A DNA stretch of 64,000 nt, taken from positions 37,696,001 through 37,760,000 of the forward strand of contig OX597820.1 of NCBI GenBank assembly GCA_951406725.2, read 5' to 3'. This document shows positions 41,209-54,229 of this stretch, piece after piece. Numbering within the stretch: the first letter of the stretch is position 1; each line of letters starts with the position of its first letter. Source of the DNA: Octopus vulgaris (lineage: Eukaryota). A model generated the notes under the pieces. The model searched no databases and was not told where the DNA came from. It worked only from the letters and a program-made list of their open reading frames with translations. A program made the translations under genes and the position numbers.

Positions 41209-44200
41209 CAGTGGCGTGCGGTGACTTCCGGCGTTGGGCATGCAATTAATTTCATTGCCCCCCCCCCGGCAATTTTTCAGTAAAACATTTTCGTATTCCT
41301 ACGATTTACATATAAGAGATTCTGAATATGCAGAATAAACAGGGAATAAAAAATGGCTGTGCAGAGATGATCCTGAAATAAGTGTATTGTTTGTATTATT
41401 CTTTGCTCTTTGAAACGTCAGTACTTTCCCATCCTCATTCTCCCTTAGAAAAGTCTAAAAATCATAAGTGAAATGTAATAAAGATGAAATTGGATTCTGT
41501 CAATATTTTTGCATATTCAGAATCTCTGTTAAAGGTAGGAATCCGAAAAAAATCTTCACATAAATTCGTTTTTCAAAGGGGTGCGATTCTGCATTAGCCC
41601 CTATACCTATCGGTTGAGCTGAATGAAATGATTTAATTAAAAGAACACATTTAGTTACATTATATGGCCATGGTTTTAGATCGTTACGCTCTCGAAGACA
41701 AGTCAGGTTCTTTATCATGCTACTTGTCAATTCCGGGAAAATTATTGACTGTTCTGAGACTTACTGAACTCCGTACATTAAAGGACTACGTCTCACGCAC
41801 AAACATTGAAAATACACGCATATACATGAATACGCACACAATGAAAGACAGCGAAAATTCAACATTGTAAAAAGCCTCCCAAAACTGTTGTGGCAGAAGT
41901 CAACATCTCTGAGATTGAAACAAGACACTTATTGAAAGTGAAACAAAACACTTATTTACGGCCGTAAATAGACTACACCCAGCAGCACAGAAAGGGAAAT
42001 CTATGTAGGTAGGTTTCACGAAGAAATCAAAACATTTCTCCTGCGAAACAATACTGATGTAAGAAGGTCGAACCTTACGTTATAACAAACACTAAGCAAA
42101 ACCTGTAATATATGCTCTTTAATATATATATTTTTTTTATGTTTTAAAATGTTACTTAGCTCATTTATAAATTAATTCAATTCTTCGATCTTTCTGGGCA
42201 AATATATCTATCACATTTTCATAGAAATCTTCTCTTTTCATCAATTCTTGTAATAAATCTTTTTCAATTGACATTAGTGCTAACCCAGACAGTCTTCTTT
42301 CTCCTGTCGCATTTCTTTGGTATGTTTTAATTCTACTTAATGCAGAAAAGGATCGCTCTACAGAAGCAGTGGTAGACGGAATTGTCAGAATCAACTTGCA
42401 CAGATTGAAGAGTTCTGGCATAGCTTCAACAAGATCAGTGCTGTTAATGTAACTCATTAAATGACTTACACTTGGTTTTTTAAAATCTTTCATTGAATAC
42501 ATCACATTGAGCTCACTTTGTAATCGTATTACATCAAAAAATCTGCCATAAGTTGTTCTTAAAGAATCTAAAGAGTCCACAGGAAATTGTTTGCAATACT
42601 CATCAACTTTGTTGAAATTCAAAAGTTCCATGAATTTAAACTCTTCTAAGGATGAATATCGTGCTTTTATTTGGTCAACTATTGTACTTATAATTTTGTT
42701 ATAAAGCGTTCTATAATGTCGTTGGGGATCAATAGATATATTCTTGGATCTCTGAATTCCGATTCCTGCATCGACTCCATATTTTCCCCTAACCTATCAT
42801 AAAAGACTGAAAAATTATCAAGTTTGTTTTCGAGTACAGTTCTAGTTTTATCTATTTGCTGTTTACAATACACTATGTCATGACTTTTACTCTGGAGTAT
42901 GTTAAATAAGACGTCAGTAAAAGAAAAATACCTCTAACAAAAATAAGAAATCAGGAGCTTTTTAAGTGTGTAAGAATCCAATTGCTGAATTTATGGTGGT
43001 CTCATCCCATGCTTCAGGATTTTCAATGATGTGTTCAAAAAGGCTGATTATGAAATTATAATTTTCCTTTGTGGTAATAATAAGACGTGAGGAGTAATTC
43101 CATCTAGTTGCTGTTGCTTTCGGAAATCTTTTTTTAACAATATTATCTAATGCATTAGTCCTTTTCGGTGATTTCGTAAAAAATGTACCAAGTCCATTTA
43201 TTGTAGAAAAAAATATCTTGCATTCTTTCATAGCAGAGCATGATTGTGAAAGAACTAAATTTAGGATATGGACACAACAATGAATAAAGATCGCACATTC
43301 ATATTTCTTTCTTACTTTTGCCTGTAACCCATTTAGTTGTCCTGCCATTGTAGCGGCACCATCATATGTCTGCGCAATCAATTTGTTTCCACATTCCCAC
43401 GTCTCAATGCATTTAAAAACATGTTCAGATAAAGCATTTGCAGATCGATCTGCACTAACATCACTAAAACCGATAAATCGTTCTTTCGTCACACAGTCTT
43501 CTGTAACATAACGTAAAACTGTTGACAGTTGTGAAGATGCTGAGACATCAGATGTCTCATCAACAAGAATAGAAACAAACTTAGCTTGGTCAATTTCCTT
43601 CTGCATCTCATTCAACATAACTTTATGAATTGCTTCGATCAAGTCATTTTGAATTCTGTTCGACAGACCAGTGAAGATAGAAGCTGTATCTAAATGACTT
43701 TCCATTTGTTTGTCATACTTACTGATCAAATAAACGAGTTCTTTATAATTTCCCCGATTATTAGAGCCTTCAGATTCAAAATGACCCCGAAACGATAATT
43801 CCTGGAGGCCTAAAAAAATAACAACATCGATCAATCGTTGCAGAATGGATCTGTTTCGTCGAACTTTCTCATTATGCTGTTGTATGCTTTGATTTTTACG
43901 TGCATCTAATTGTAAGTCTATGCGAACATTCCCGAATATTTTAAGGTCTATCAAACATTTTATATGCCTTTGAGAACGCTCGTGCTTTAGCATAGCCATA
44001 TGTAAATTATTTAAATCATCATAGCCTTTATCATTCCAAACATTTTTTTCTAAGCCAAAAAGTAAACACGGCCAACAGAATAATTTATTAAGAGCAACAC
44101 TTCCAGTTAACCATTTCTTCTTTTCATACGAATTAACCTGAAATTGTCTCGTGAATTTCTTGTTGTAGCTTCGCAAATTAGGTAAATTCGGTGTTGGTCT

Positions 44201-44990
44201 CCCGCGATTTATAATTAATTTTTTCCCATCGAAGTCCCTTTTAGAAAAACTAGTTCTCAAAATATCGTTTATAGCACACATTTCACTCATTTTGAAAAAG
44301 GCTGCTCTTATTTAAGGACCCACGTGGAAGCGCCGGCGTAAATTTTAAGTCAATTTCAACAAAACGGAAAAATACCCTTTGTTAAATTAATTTAAGATTA
44401 ATTAGCTATTTCTGAAATAAGAAATATAATGTAGATATTTTTGCTTTCAAAACTTTCTAAAAATATGATAGTGCAAACGGATGTTTTGGATAAAAAATTT
44501 CAAACTTACATGCGAAGGCTATTCCAACATTTCAGCTGGCTAAAACAAGAATTATGGGACGGCTCTTGTTCCGGCCAAAATAGCCAGAGAGGCGTGATAT
44601 GCGATCTAAGCACAGCATGACACGCCAAACTGAATTTGTCGAATCGGTGAGAGAGAAGGGGGTGACCATTCCTCGTAGTATATCTTTTAAACAAAGAAAG
44701 AGGGAGAAGGGACAAACTATCAAAGACAGAGAGAAGGGACTCATGCTGTCTTCCCAACGCATGACAAGCGATAAATTTATCGAGTCACTAAGATAGAGAG
44801 AGAGAGAGAGGAAGGAAGGACAAACTAATACAGACAGAGAGGGAGTGTGTATCATGCGATCTTCTAAAAGCATTTATCAAAGCAGAGGTACGAAGTGGAG
44901 ACAATATTTCTAAAACAACTGGACGTATTTTCTTTGAAACAAGGAAGGCATGCAGCGCATACCTTGCATTGCTGAGAGTGCACGCCCCTG
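41209..44990 (-). mobile_element. hAT DNA transposon (ZMYM1/DUF4371-type transposase)
   Basis: 11-bp TIR cagtggcgtgc / gcacgcccctg; contains the transposase below; no clean 8-bp TSD seen. Confidence 0.85.
42161..44290 (-). pseudogene. hAT transposase, disrupted
   Basis: 442-aa ORF (FCWPC TTF-type Zn finger, FRGH.E, DETSD, YDGA..M.G, HCCVH.LNL, TRW), then a TAA stop and frameshifts, ending in the hATC dimerisation motif TIPSTTASVERSFSAL. Confidence 0.9.
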
Positions 44991-46544
44991 TATGCAAACT
45001 TGGTCAAGGGATGCATTTTTAACACTTGGTGGTTAAAAGATGTTGCCAAAGGGATATGATATGACATTCAAAGGCATTTTGGATCGATGTTAAGCCTCTG
45101 CTGCTTTGTTTTTGTTTTAGGTAGAGGTAGTCTACATCATTGTTTATGTGGAGATTGTGTGCTTGTTAGTATTTTTCAGGTTTTCACATCAGTGTCTTGG
45201 ATCTCATCAAGCGTCCAATCAAGCAGCCCAAATATTGGTATGGGTATTGGCACTGTAAACACATTGCAATTGTAAGATATGCTTTCATCCACCCCTAAAT
45301 ACTTTGAAAATGTTGTAACTAGGTCAAGGCTCTTTTTTATCTCATGCATATTCTTAGCATAAAGTTTTAAGTTATCCACAAAGAAACAGTGTGTAAATTT
45401 GGTATTTCTGTTACCTTGTGAACCAGTGAGATATCCTTCAGACTTCCTTAACATGAATGGTACTCACTTTGTTGTTTTAGTTTTGTTTACTTTTTGAATG
45501 TCATTCATGTATTGCTTTGCAGTAATAGCCAGAGCATAGACAGACGTTAATCTGCCAGAATGTGGGTTCATCACACTGCTGTAAATACACATCACCAATT
45601 TTGTTAACAACTTTTAATACCGTATCTGGTGGTTTTCTACTTACTGTGGTAGAGAATACTCTCTCTTCGAGAGAATACTTCAAAGCCAAAGTTATTTTTC
45701 CTCGGAAAATTTCAGTAAGGGCACATTTCATCGGTATGTAATCCTGACTACCACTACTACTACAATAATTGTTGTGGTTGTGCTTGCTATTAACCATAGT
45801 CGTAGTAGGGGGACAATGTTCAGTTACTTGAGCCAGTAATGAGGTTTGGCTGGCAGGCACTATGGAATCTGTTGGAATGTTGCTAGCTGCCAAACCACGT
45901 GATGGTCTTACATCATTTACGTTTTTGCTTTTGCTTAAAGTGTTGGGAAGAAGGTTATTAATCTTCTTCCTATGTTCTACAAATGTTGCTTGTTGGCGTA
46001 GTTGCTTTGCAGTAAAATGATTTAATTCTGGATGCAGTTCATCCCAATATGACTTCAGTCAATTCTTATAGCTAACAGTAGGGTTTTGTTTCACTTTTTT
46101 TTTGTAGCAGTTAAATAGATCAATATTCAATTCATAATTCCAAGAGAAACAAGTTTTGTAATTACGGTTTCTTTTATAGCTACAATTTAAACACCATTAA
46201 ACATACATGCTCATGCACTTATTAATGATTAATTCGTTAGCCAGCATTGCTGAGTTGAAATCTTCATATCCTCATAAGAGCTACTTGAAGACAGTGTCTT
46301 CTGATGAATATAATTCAGTGTCTCTCAGCCTTCTTATTGAATCCAGATTTTTTTCATAACTATATAATGGCTAAAGTACTATGGTACACCTTATATTTAA
46401 GAAAGCCTTTCATTAGTTGAAAACCAATATGTTTCTAGGCATACTTTCTTTCTTGCTTTCAATCATACCTTATCTTCCATTTTCCTTATTCTTGTGTTTC
46501 TTATTAATCTTTGCTTCTATTCTTTGAGTCAGGTTATTCTTATC

Positions 46545-46984
46545 GGAATGCTCTGCTAAAGAACCTCCCTGTACCTGTACCTCTTGCCGCATCTAAGACC
46601 ACGGATTCTGCTACCCGTGAAGTTATTGTCATTGGGGTGCCAGAAGACATGGCTGATCTTCAGGCATTTGCTGCCAACTCAGCCAAAGACCTAGGCTGCG
46701 TTCCCCCAACAGGTGCTCTCCGCCTTGGACGACCTGGCCCAAAACCCAGGCTCATCAAGCTGTCTTTTCCAGACCACGCTGAGGCAACCGCATACCATCT
46801 GGCCTCAGTTAAAGCTGGGCGTGAAAATCGGACGACCCTCCGAACATGCCCAGGCTTACCATCCGATGTACGTCCGAAGCTACGTGTAGCGGCTTCCCTG
46901 AACCGGAACTCAGCTCTACAGGAAAGCTTCAGTCTTCGTGAAGATGGACAAATCTGGAGATTTGTTAAGACGGGTGAAACGTAG
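46545..46984 (+). CDS. LINE ORF1 C-terminal remnant
   Basis: VIVIGVPE...RLGRPGPKPRLIKLSF resembles the RRM/CTD region of CR1/L2-type ORF1 proteins. Confidence 0.65.
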
Positions 46985-47133
46985 AAGAGAGATAACAGCT
47001 GGTCTGAGTGCTCTCTACCCACAATGACTGACACTGAAAAAAAAACTAAAAAAACTACAGCAACTCAGGGAAACTAAACCTGAACAACCTGCCATCCTCT
47101 ACACACCATCATAAACTGTAAGCAGGGTACAAA

Positions 47134-49899
47134 TTGTTGTCCTTAAATGCTCGCAGTTTGTGCAACAAAATTCATTTGTTCAACGCCTACGTTGGAAGTA
47201 TTGACCCTGACTTCATCACTGTCATGGAAACATGGGCGCATTCCTTACTCTGTGATGGGGTTTTCAACATCACTGGGTACAACCTCTTCTGCAAGGACTG
47301 CATTAACCGCCGTGGTGGTGGTGTGATGGTCTACGTTCGTTCAAATTTTTCAGTAATTCCTTGTGCCGATTTGAACGAATCACAAGAAGAAGTTTTTTTC
47401 TGTGATGTACGTATGACCATGTCAACACTCCTGCTTGGTGTTGTTTATCGTCCCCCAAATTACCATCGGGACACACAGCTTTGCGATATCCTCCGAGCTG
47501 CTGCCAGGAAAACAGCCACTTATGTTTTCATTGCAGGCGATTTCAATCATCCTGAGATCAATTGGGAAACCTTCCATTGGCCACAGAGTGCAAACGATTT
47601 TGTTGAGCTTGTACTGGACTCAAACTGGTCACAAGTAGTCACCTCTCCAACAAGAGGCGACAACACCTTGGACCTGCTCTTCACCACAACTCCTGAAGCG
47701 GTTATCAATTGCACTACGGAGGAACCTCTAGGTGACTCTGATCATGCTATGATCATCGCCAATCTGGCTCTTGCGGGCAACAAAAACCTGAACCATCTCC
47801 TAACTGCTTCCTTCGATTGGAAGAGAGCAGATTGGAACCTGTACCACACTGAACTACAGCACCCAAACTGGCGTGAATTCTACAACTCTGGAGATGTGAA
47901 TACTATACTCCAGAGTATCCTGGACTCAATATGGGCATCATGTGCAGCATCAGTGCCATGTAAACAGAAAAAGAAGAACCGTCCCAAAAGTGCAATTTGG
48001 GAAACTTCAGCGGTCCGACTTGCCAAGAAGGAACATCGAACTGCCGAACGGGATTACAAGTTGCATAAATCAGACACCAACAGGAAGAAGTGGAATAAAT
48101 CTTCCAACCATCTCAAGCAAGTGACAAAAAAAGCAGTGCTTGAATTTGAACAGTGCATAGCAGCCAATCCTGACAGCAAGGTTTTCTGGAAATATGTGCA
48201 TTCGAAGCAGAGACCTCACTCTCCAGTGGGCCCTCTTCGCAACCCTCACACAAACCAGATCACTGACGACCCCAAGGAATGCGCAGAACTCATTGCCGAG
48301 TGCTATGCAAACATATTCACTGTTGAAAGTCAAAATGTACCATCTTCACCATCTCTAACAGCAAATTCCATAACAACTATGGAATTTACACCTGCAATGC
48401 TGCGACGGCACCTTCAAAATAAGCGCAACTATGCCTCCCCTGGTCTTGATGGAGTTTCATACCTGCTTCGCAAACGTGGCAGGTACTTCCTTTTACACCA
48501 GCTCTCTACTTTCTTCCAGTACTGTCTCAACAATGGTGCTACTCCGGAACAGTGGAAAACTGCCAGTGTCATTCCTCTGTTCAAGAAGGGCGACCGCACA
48601 TCACCTGTCAACTATCGCCCAGTCAGTCTCACTAGCTGTATTGCGAAACTGATGGAATCGTGTGTCAGAGAAACACTTTGGAACTTCTGGAGCTCACACA
48701 GTCTCATCCGACCCTCACAATATGGATTTGTCCCTAACTCCAGCTGCAGTGATCAGCTTGTCGAGTTCCTTGAGGACATTACTCAGATCACTGACAGTGG
48801 CTCATGGGTGGATGTTGTCTACCTTGACTTTGCTAAGGCTTTCAACTCTGTGCCACACAAAAGGCTTATGGTGAAACTCTCTGCAATGGGTGTGAGGGAT
48901 GACCTTTTTAACTGGTTGAAGTCCTTCATTCTCAACCGAAAGGAGGTAGTCACAGTTCTAGGACAGCATTCTACACCATATGAGATGTCATCGGGTGTAC
49001 CACAGGGATCTGTCCTTGGTCCCCTCTTGTTTGTGGCATACATTAATGACATAGATGCAAATTTAAAGAATGCCACAGTATTAAAATATGCAGACGACAT
49101 CAAGCTGTACCTTGAAATCAAGAGGACAGATCCTGTTGTCTACAGCTCTTTCCTGCAATCAGTCCTGGACACAATGCAGCAATGGATCACAGACTGGCAA
49201 CTGAAACTGGCTGTGGACAAGTGTACCACCATGCATTTTGGGAGAAAAAACCCTGCGTCCACATACTCCCTCCACAACACTGATATCAAGAAATCCTCTT
49301 GCGAGCGTGACCTAGGCATCACTGTCAGCAGTGATTTGCGTTTGACAAAGCATATCTCTAAAATTGTCAAGAAGGCCGAGGGTGTCTTGGCATCACTCAG
49401 CAAGACTTTTGTTAGCCGCTCTCCAGCCATCTATTTAAAACTGTATACAGCTATGGTACGACCACACTTGGAATTCGCATCATCAGTTTGGAACCCCTAT
49501 CTTGCTCAGAACATTGACCTCCTGGAATCTGTTCAGAGACGTGCAACCAAACGCATACCCTCCATCAGACACCTACCATATTCTGAGCGCCTTGTTTCCC
49601 TGGGCATGGATTCACTGAAGCTCCAGCGTCTGGCGACGGACTTGGTAAACGCCCACAAAGTTGTCAACCACCTCACCAATAACAATACTGAACACCTTTT
49701 TGATCTCCATGTGTCTAACACACGTGGACATGCCTACAAAGTCAGAAAACAACACAGCTCCCATGACTTTCGGAAACATTTCTTCACACTCAGAGTTGCT
49801 GAAGCATGGAATAAACTGCCTGCGTCAGTTGTTGACTGCCATGACACTGCATCCTTTAAGGCCCTCATGCTTTCCGAAATCCGTCGAAACTACACCTGA
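47134..49899 (+). CDS. CR1-type ORF2: apurinic-like endonuclease + reverse transcriptase (921 aa, uninterrupted)
   Basis: LNARS, ETW, YRPP, GDFN, LDL and SDH (APE); NYRPVSL, LDFAKAF, GVPQGSVLGPLLF and YADD (RT); VRPHLEF...W.P...LESVQRRATK (CR1 C-terminus). Confidence 0.95.
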   Translation: MLSLNARSLCNKIHLFNAYVGSIDPDFITVMETWAHSLLCDGVFNITGYNLFCKDCINRRGGGVMVYVRSNFSVIPCADLNESQEEVFFCDVRMTMSTLLLGVVYRPPNYHRDTQLCDILRAAARKTATYVFIAGDFNHPEINWETFHWPQSANDFVELVLDSNWSQVVTSPTRGDNTLDLLFTTTPEAVINCTTEEPLGDSDHAMIIANLALAGNKNLNHLLTASFDWKRADWNLYHTELQHPNWREFYNSGDVNTILQSILDSIWASCAASVPCKQKKKNRPKSAIWETSAVRLAKKEHRTAERDYKLHKSDTNRKKWNKSSNHLKQVTKKAVLEFEQCIAANPDSKVFWKYVHSKQRPHSPVGPLRNPHTNQITDDPKECAELIAECYANIFTVESQNVPSSPSLTANSITTMEFTPAMLRRHLQNKRNYASPGLDGVSYLLRKRGRYFLLHQLSTFFQYCLNNGATPEQWKTASVIPLFKKGDRTSPVNYRPVSLTSCIAKLMESCVRETLWNFWSSHSLIRPSQYGFVPNSSCSDQLVEFLEDITQITDSGSWVDVVYLDFAKAFNSVPHKRLMVKLSAMGVRDDLFNWLKSFILNRKEVVTVLGQHSTPYEMSSGVPQGSVLGPLLFVAYINDIDANLKNATVLKYADDIKLYLEIKRTDPVVYSSFLQSVLDTMQQWITDWQLKLAVDKCTTMHFGRKNPASTYSLHNTDIKKSSCERDLGITVSSDLRLTKHISKIVKKAEGVLASLSKTFVSRSPAIYLKLYTAMVRPHLEFASSVWNPYLAQNIDLLESVQRRATKRIPSIRHLPYSERLVSLGMDSLKLQRLATDLVNAHKVVNHLTNNNTEHLFDLHVSNTRGHAYKVRKQHSSHDFRKHFFTLRVAEAWNKLPASVVDCHDTASFKALMLSEIRRNYT

Positions 49900-50806
49900 T
49901 TATATATACACTTTCGATGAGTTGTAGTGCACCTGAGCACTGTACACAATTATTATTATTATTATTATTTATCTTGCAGTTCCATAGATAAGAGTTGTAA
50001 GCTGGCCAAGATCAGTTAGATGTCAGACTTCTGACCGAAGGGTTCAGGATTTTTATCTTGTTAGTGGTGTTAACGAGACCTTTATCTCTTGATGACAGAA
50101 ACCTAGATCTAAGTATATATTTTCAGGAAGATATATTACCGTGCTACGTGCTATTGCAGCAGTAGCTACAACAGCGATATTGCATATTGAAGAGTTGCAT
50201 GTAGATTTGGTTTATACTAGAAACATTGGAATTTCACACACACACTATTTAATGTCAAAGGTGTTGTAACCACAATGAAATTTAATTGACAGTTGACGAA
50301 GGGAATTTATGTGTTTCTCCTACTTTTTTTTTCTTTTTACATCTTTCTGAATAAACTTTATTTCTTCTTGCAATTCATGCCTTGTTGGAGCTGAACGACT
50401 ATACGCATTCTTTGGCTTAGCTTATCAGTTACTAACCTGCTCTGTAAATTTTACGCATTCATTTCTTGTTTTGTCTTATTTTTATGTTGTTCTGTTCAAC
50501 ATTTTGGTGTGTGTATACGTGTGTATGTATATGTACACACACACTTTAAATGAGGAAAGCTGAGTCAAATTGCCATCATAACTGTTTCCATAAATGGACC
50601 ATATCAAACTCTTGCATTCGCAGATTTCGAACTGAAAGACAGGAACCAGTAGTAATATCAACACAACCCTGATCATTACATCACGCTATTAAACATGTAA
50701 GTGGTCGTTCATCCTATTAGATATTGCAGCAAAGTTTCTGAAATCAAACTCTTCCCTTGAAAAGAAGCATTCGATTATTATCTTACATGCTACAACGACA
50801 GGGTAG

Positions 50807-51275
50807 TGGAGGTTCAATGGCCCAGTGGTTAGGGCAGCGGACTCGCAGTCGTAAGAGCGCAGCTTCGATTTCCAGACCAGGCATTGTGAGTGTTTATTGA
50901 GCAAAAACACCTAAGCTCCACGAGCCTCCAGCGGGGGTTGGGTGGTGAAGCCCGCTGTAATCTTTCACCACAACTTTCTCTCACTCTTTCTTCCTACTTC
51001 TGCCACAAAGCAGAGGAACTATTGTGTAACCCACTATGGTGTGGTAAACTTTCAGCCCCTAGTCTAGATTGCGAATCCTTTGTACCCCAGGATGGTTCAG
51101 CTCTCCACCCCCGTTTACGGAATGAGGATAACAACATAGCTTTTGTGCCCATGCAACTGCCAGTCTATCGCGTGTGGTGGGTGGATCTTCAAGTTGCCAC
51201 ATGCATTCTTAGTAGCTTAGAGTAGGCTCAAATTAGAGATTATTCTTTGTGGCTAATGTCGTGAGTCCTGATTGG
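50807..51275 (+). mobile_element. tRNA(Arg)-like-headed SINE, long form
   Basis: tggcccagtggttagggcagcggactcg...ttcgattt head; body closely similar to 60934-61410; simple-repeat tail. Confidence 0.78.
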
Positions 51276-51432
51276 AAGAAGAAGGAGACAAGGACAGGGT
51301 TGTCTCTGGATGGAATATCTTTGAATATAGCTTTACTTGACTTGGCATTAAACAACAAGATCAGATACCCTTCACTTCGTTCACACCAGACTTCCTGATT
51401 TCCCCTGTATTTGTTTTTGTACTTGTTTTCAT

Positions 51433-51852
51433 GGATCTTTTCGGTTTGAACAGCAGTTTTTTCTAGCGGTGTCATATGAAATTGTCACCCATAATTATGA
51501 CCCTAGTATCGATCTATTGCATTTCAATCTGTTTTAGGGTTAGGGTTAGTTAGGGTGGGGGGAAGGATATCTTTTTTCTTCACAAATGTAAATAAACCCA
51601 ATCTGTTTCTTAAACGAGGGACATATTCATACGGCACAATGTTTTTTTTTTACCTCAACAGACGTCACTGATTGGTTGAAATTGCAGAAATTGAAGAAAA
51701 AAACAACAAAAATCTTACAAACTATAGAATTTTCTCAATAAAGTCAAGAGAAAAAGATGCTTTATAAACATATTCTACCAGTATACGAAGCTTAAAATTT
51801 TTTAGTTACCTAGAAATTATGTTGAAAACTGCCGTTCAAACCGAAAAGATCC
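51433..51852. mobile_element. Merlin-like MITE (second copy, opposite orientation)
   Basis: Same TIR as 33612-34025; 8-bp TSD GTTTTCAT (51425-51432 and 51853-51860); internal ttagggttagggttagttaggg. Confidence 0.88.
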
Positions 51853-53048
51853 GTTTTCATTGATGCTGGAGAGATGAAAGAGTTACGTGGGATTAGACGA
51901 TGCGTAAGTAACCTTTTTGTAGAAGCATGTCGCACGAGACGTGACTTACCATTAGGTGGGCTGCAAAACTACGAAATTCAAGGTAATTTTTGATTAGGCC
52001 AGCTACTCAGAAAGTTCCTCGGTCCCGTGATCAGTTTTGACATGTTTCTTATTTGTAAGTAATCAAACAATCCAGATGAGTTACCTCCCTTCCGCAACAG
52101 GAGCGAGTATATCTTCTTTGACAATGTCAGAGTTATTTCCCTTAGATAAGAACATCTACCTTCATTTTTGACTGAAATCTCTAAAATTTTAGTTAGAGGA
52201 TCGAAGACATACTTCATGTCCCTTTTTAGGGCCTCCGAGATTGATGTAATGATGGGAAGAAGAAAGGAAGTTACCTACTGGCCAGAGAGTTGCTTAGATA
52301 CAATTCTGTCGCAATTGAATAATAATGGTTTAAAATTTTGGCACAAGACCAGTAATTTTAAGAGTATGGGATAAGTCGATTACCCCAGTACTTGAGACTG
52401 GTACTTTATTTCATCGATCCTCAAAGGATAAAAAAGCAAAAATGATCTCGTCGTTATTTGAACTCGGAATGTTAAGAACCGATAGAAATGCCGCTAAGCA
52501 TTATGCTTTACGTGTTAACAGTTCTGCCGGCTCACTGCTTTAATTTCTACTATAGGCACGGGGCCTAAAATGTTGATAGTGGAGGCTATTCGATTACATC
52601 GACTCCAGTGCTCAATTGGTATATATTTTATTGACCTGAAATGATGCAAGGTAAAGTCGACCACGATGGAATTTCTACTCAGGATGTAAAAGAGTAATAT
52701 TTTTGTAAAATTTTAGAATGGGATTTGAGGGAAACTTAGTTGCTATTTTTAGTAGTAGAAAACTCACTTATAACCTTGCTCATTGATTCGTGTTGTTACT
52801 TAACGATATAACAACTATTCTCTAGGTGTTGTAAAAAATATTTTCTCCGTGGCTGACTGCATCATAGACAACTTGTAAGACGTCTTTGATAATAAGAACA
52901 TCAGCCTTTCTTAAAAGGAAGACCTCCCCACTCGCACCTGTTACTTACTTTGGCGACCTCACTTCACTGTTAGAGAGGAAGATTGAAGGCACAGAAGTGA
53001 AACGTAATCGTCACTGTTCGGAGAAGCGAGAAAAGTGGCACACATAAA

Positions 53049-53282
53049 GGCGGCGAGCTGGCAGAAACGTTAGCACGCCGGGCGAAATGCCTTGCGGTAT
53101 TTCGTCTGCCGTTACGTTATGAGTTCAAATTTCCGCCGAGGTCGACTTTGCCTTTCATCCTTTTGGGGTCGATTAAATAAGTACTAGTTACGCACTGGGG
53201 TCGATGTAATCGACTTAATCTCTTTGTCTGTCCTTGTTTGTCCCCTCTATGTTTATCCCCTTGTGGGCAATAAAGAAATAAG
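53049..53282 (+). mobile_element. tRNA-derived SINE, little-diverged copy
   Basis: ggcggcgagctggcagaaacgttagcacg...gagttcaaatt...; CpGs retained; A-rich tail. Confidence 0.85.
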
Positions 53283-53396
53283 GAATATATCTAATCTCAC
53301 TAACCAAGTATTTGTATATCAAAGATTGGGATGCACAGTCATCGAAAAACTCATAAATGTAGAAAAAAAATAAAGAAAAGGCAACCAAAGTTTTTG

Positions 53397-53486
<90 letters not shown>

Positions 53487-53491
53487 CATAC

Positions 53492-53522
<31 letters not shown>

Positions 53523-53531
53523 CATACATAC

Positions 53532-53589
<58 letters not shown>

Positions 53590-54229
53590 GCGAGAATGAA
53601 GCAACAAGAATGGATAGGTTTTTAGTACAATCGTTTCATACAAGGACAGGTTTTATTAAAAGTTGCAACCATTCTTGTTGCTTCATTCTCGCTTATAATC
53701 ACCCCACATTACTGTATTGTTAAATCAGTATAGTTTTTTTTGGTGCATCTAAGTTAGGTACCATATTCAAGTAAATTCATTTAAATTAACTTGAATCTTT
53801 ATTGCTTTTTATATATATATATATATATATATAAGTGGCGTGTAGCGACACACACACACAAGCAGACTTCCCTTATTTCCCCTTCTCTCACGTACATTCT
53901 CATTCACATCCATACAACTACATAAATATAAAACCAAAATATAGAAGTATGAGTCATTGAAGAGGTCACGAACGGTGATGAAAGGACGTTGACAATACAG
54001 TGAAATAGAACCAGTGTGCGCGTTTATTACTGGCATTATAACGACCCTCCTGAGATACAACTGAGATTTAAATACGGACGTGAATAAAAACAACAAACAA
54101 AACTCTTTGACTTGTGAACTATGTCCTTTAAATATTTGTTCTGCATTGATTTACATATCGTTACAATCAGAAATAAAATGTAACAATTGATACGGTGGAA
54201 ACATAGCCAAAGGGACTTTTTTCATAGAA

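Larger units (their letters stand above)
40565..46150 (-). mobile_element. Degenerate R4/NeSL-type LINE interrupted by a hAT transposon
   Basis: RLE-domain remnants WWNVPAKTSIKCKHNKPDI and K.NTYAELL...IIGALG at 40570-40960; RT remnant THCFFVDNLKLYA (45176-45454); N-terminal remnants to ~46150. Confidence 0.75.
46545..49969 (+). mobile_element. CR1-clade LINE, 5'-truncated in ORF1
   Basis: ORF1 remnant plus ORF2; short 3'UTR with hairpin gtagtgc-acctga-gcactgt and (TTA)n tail. Confidence 0.92.

Noticed and set aside
50807-50880. tRNA genes (also near 32833, 54500 and 60934)
   Set aside because: The tRNA-like heads continue into shared SINE bodies and lack a proper acceptor stem and terminator.
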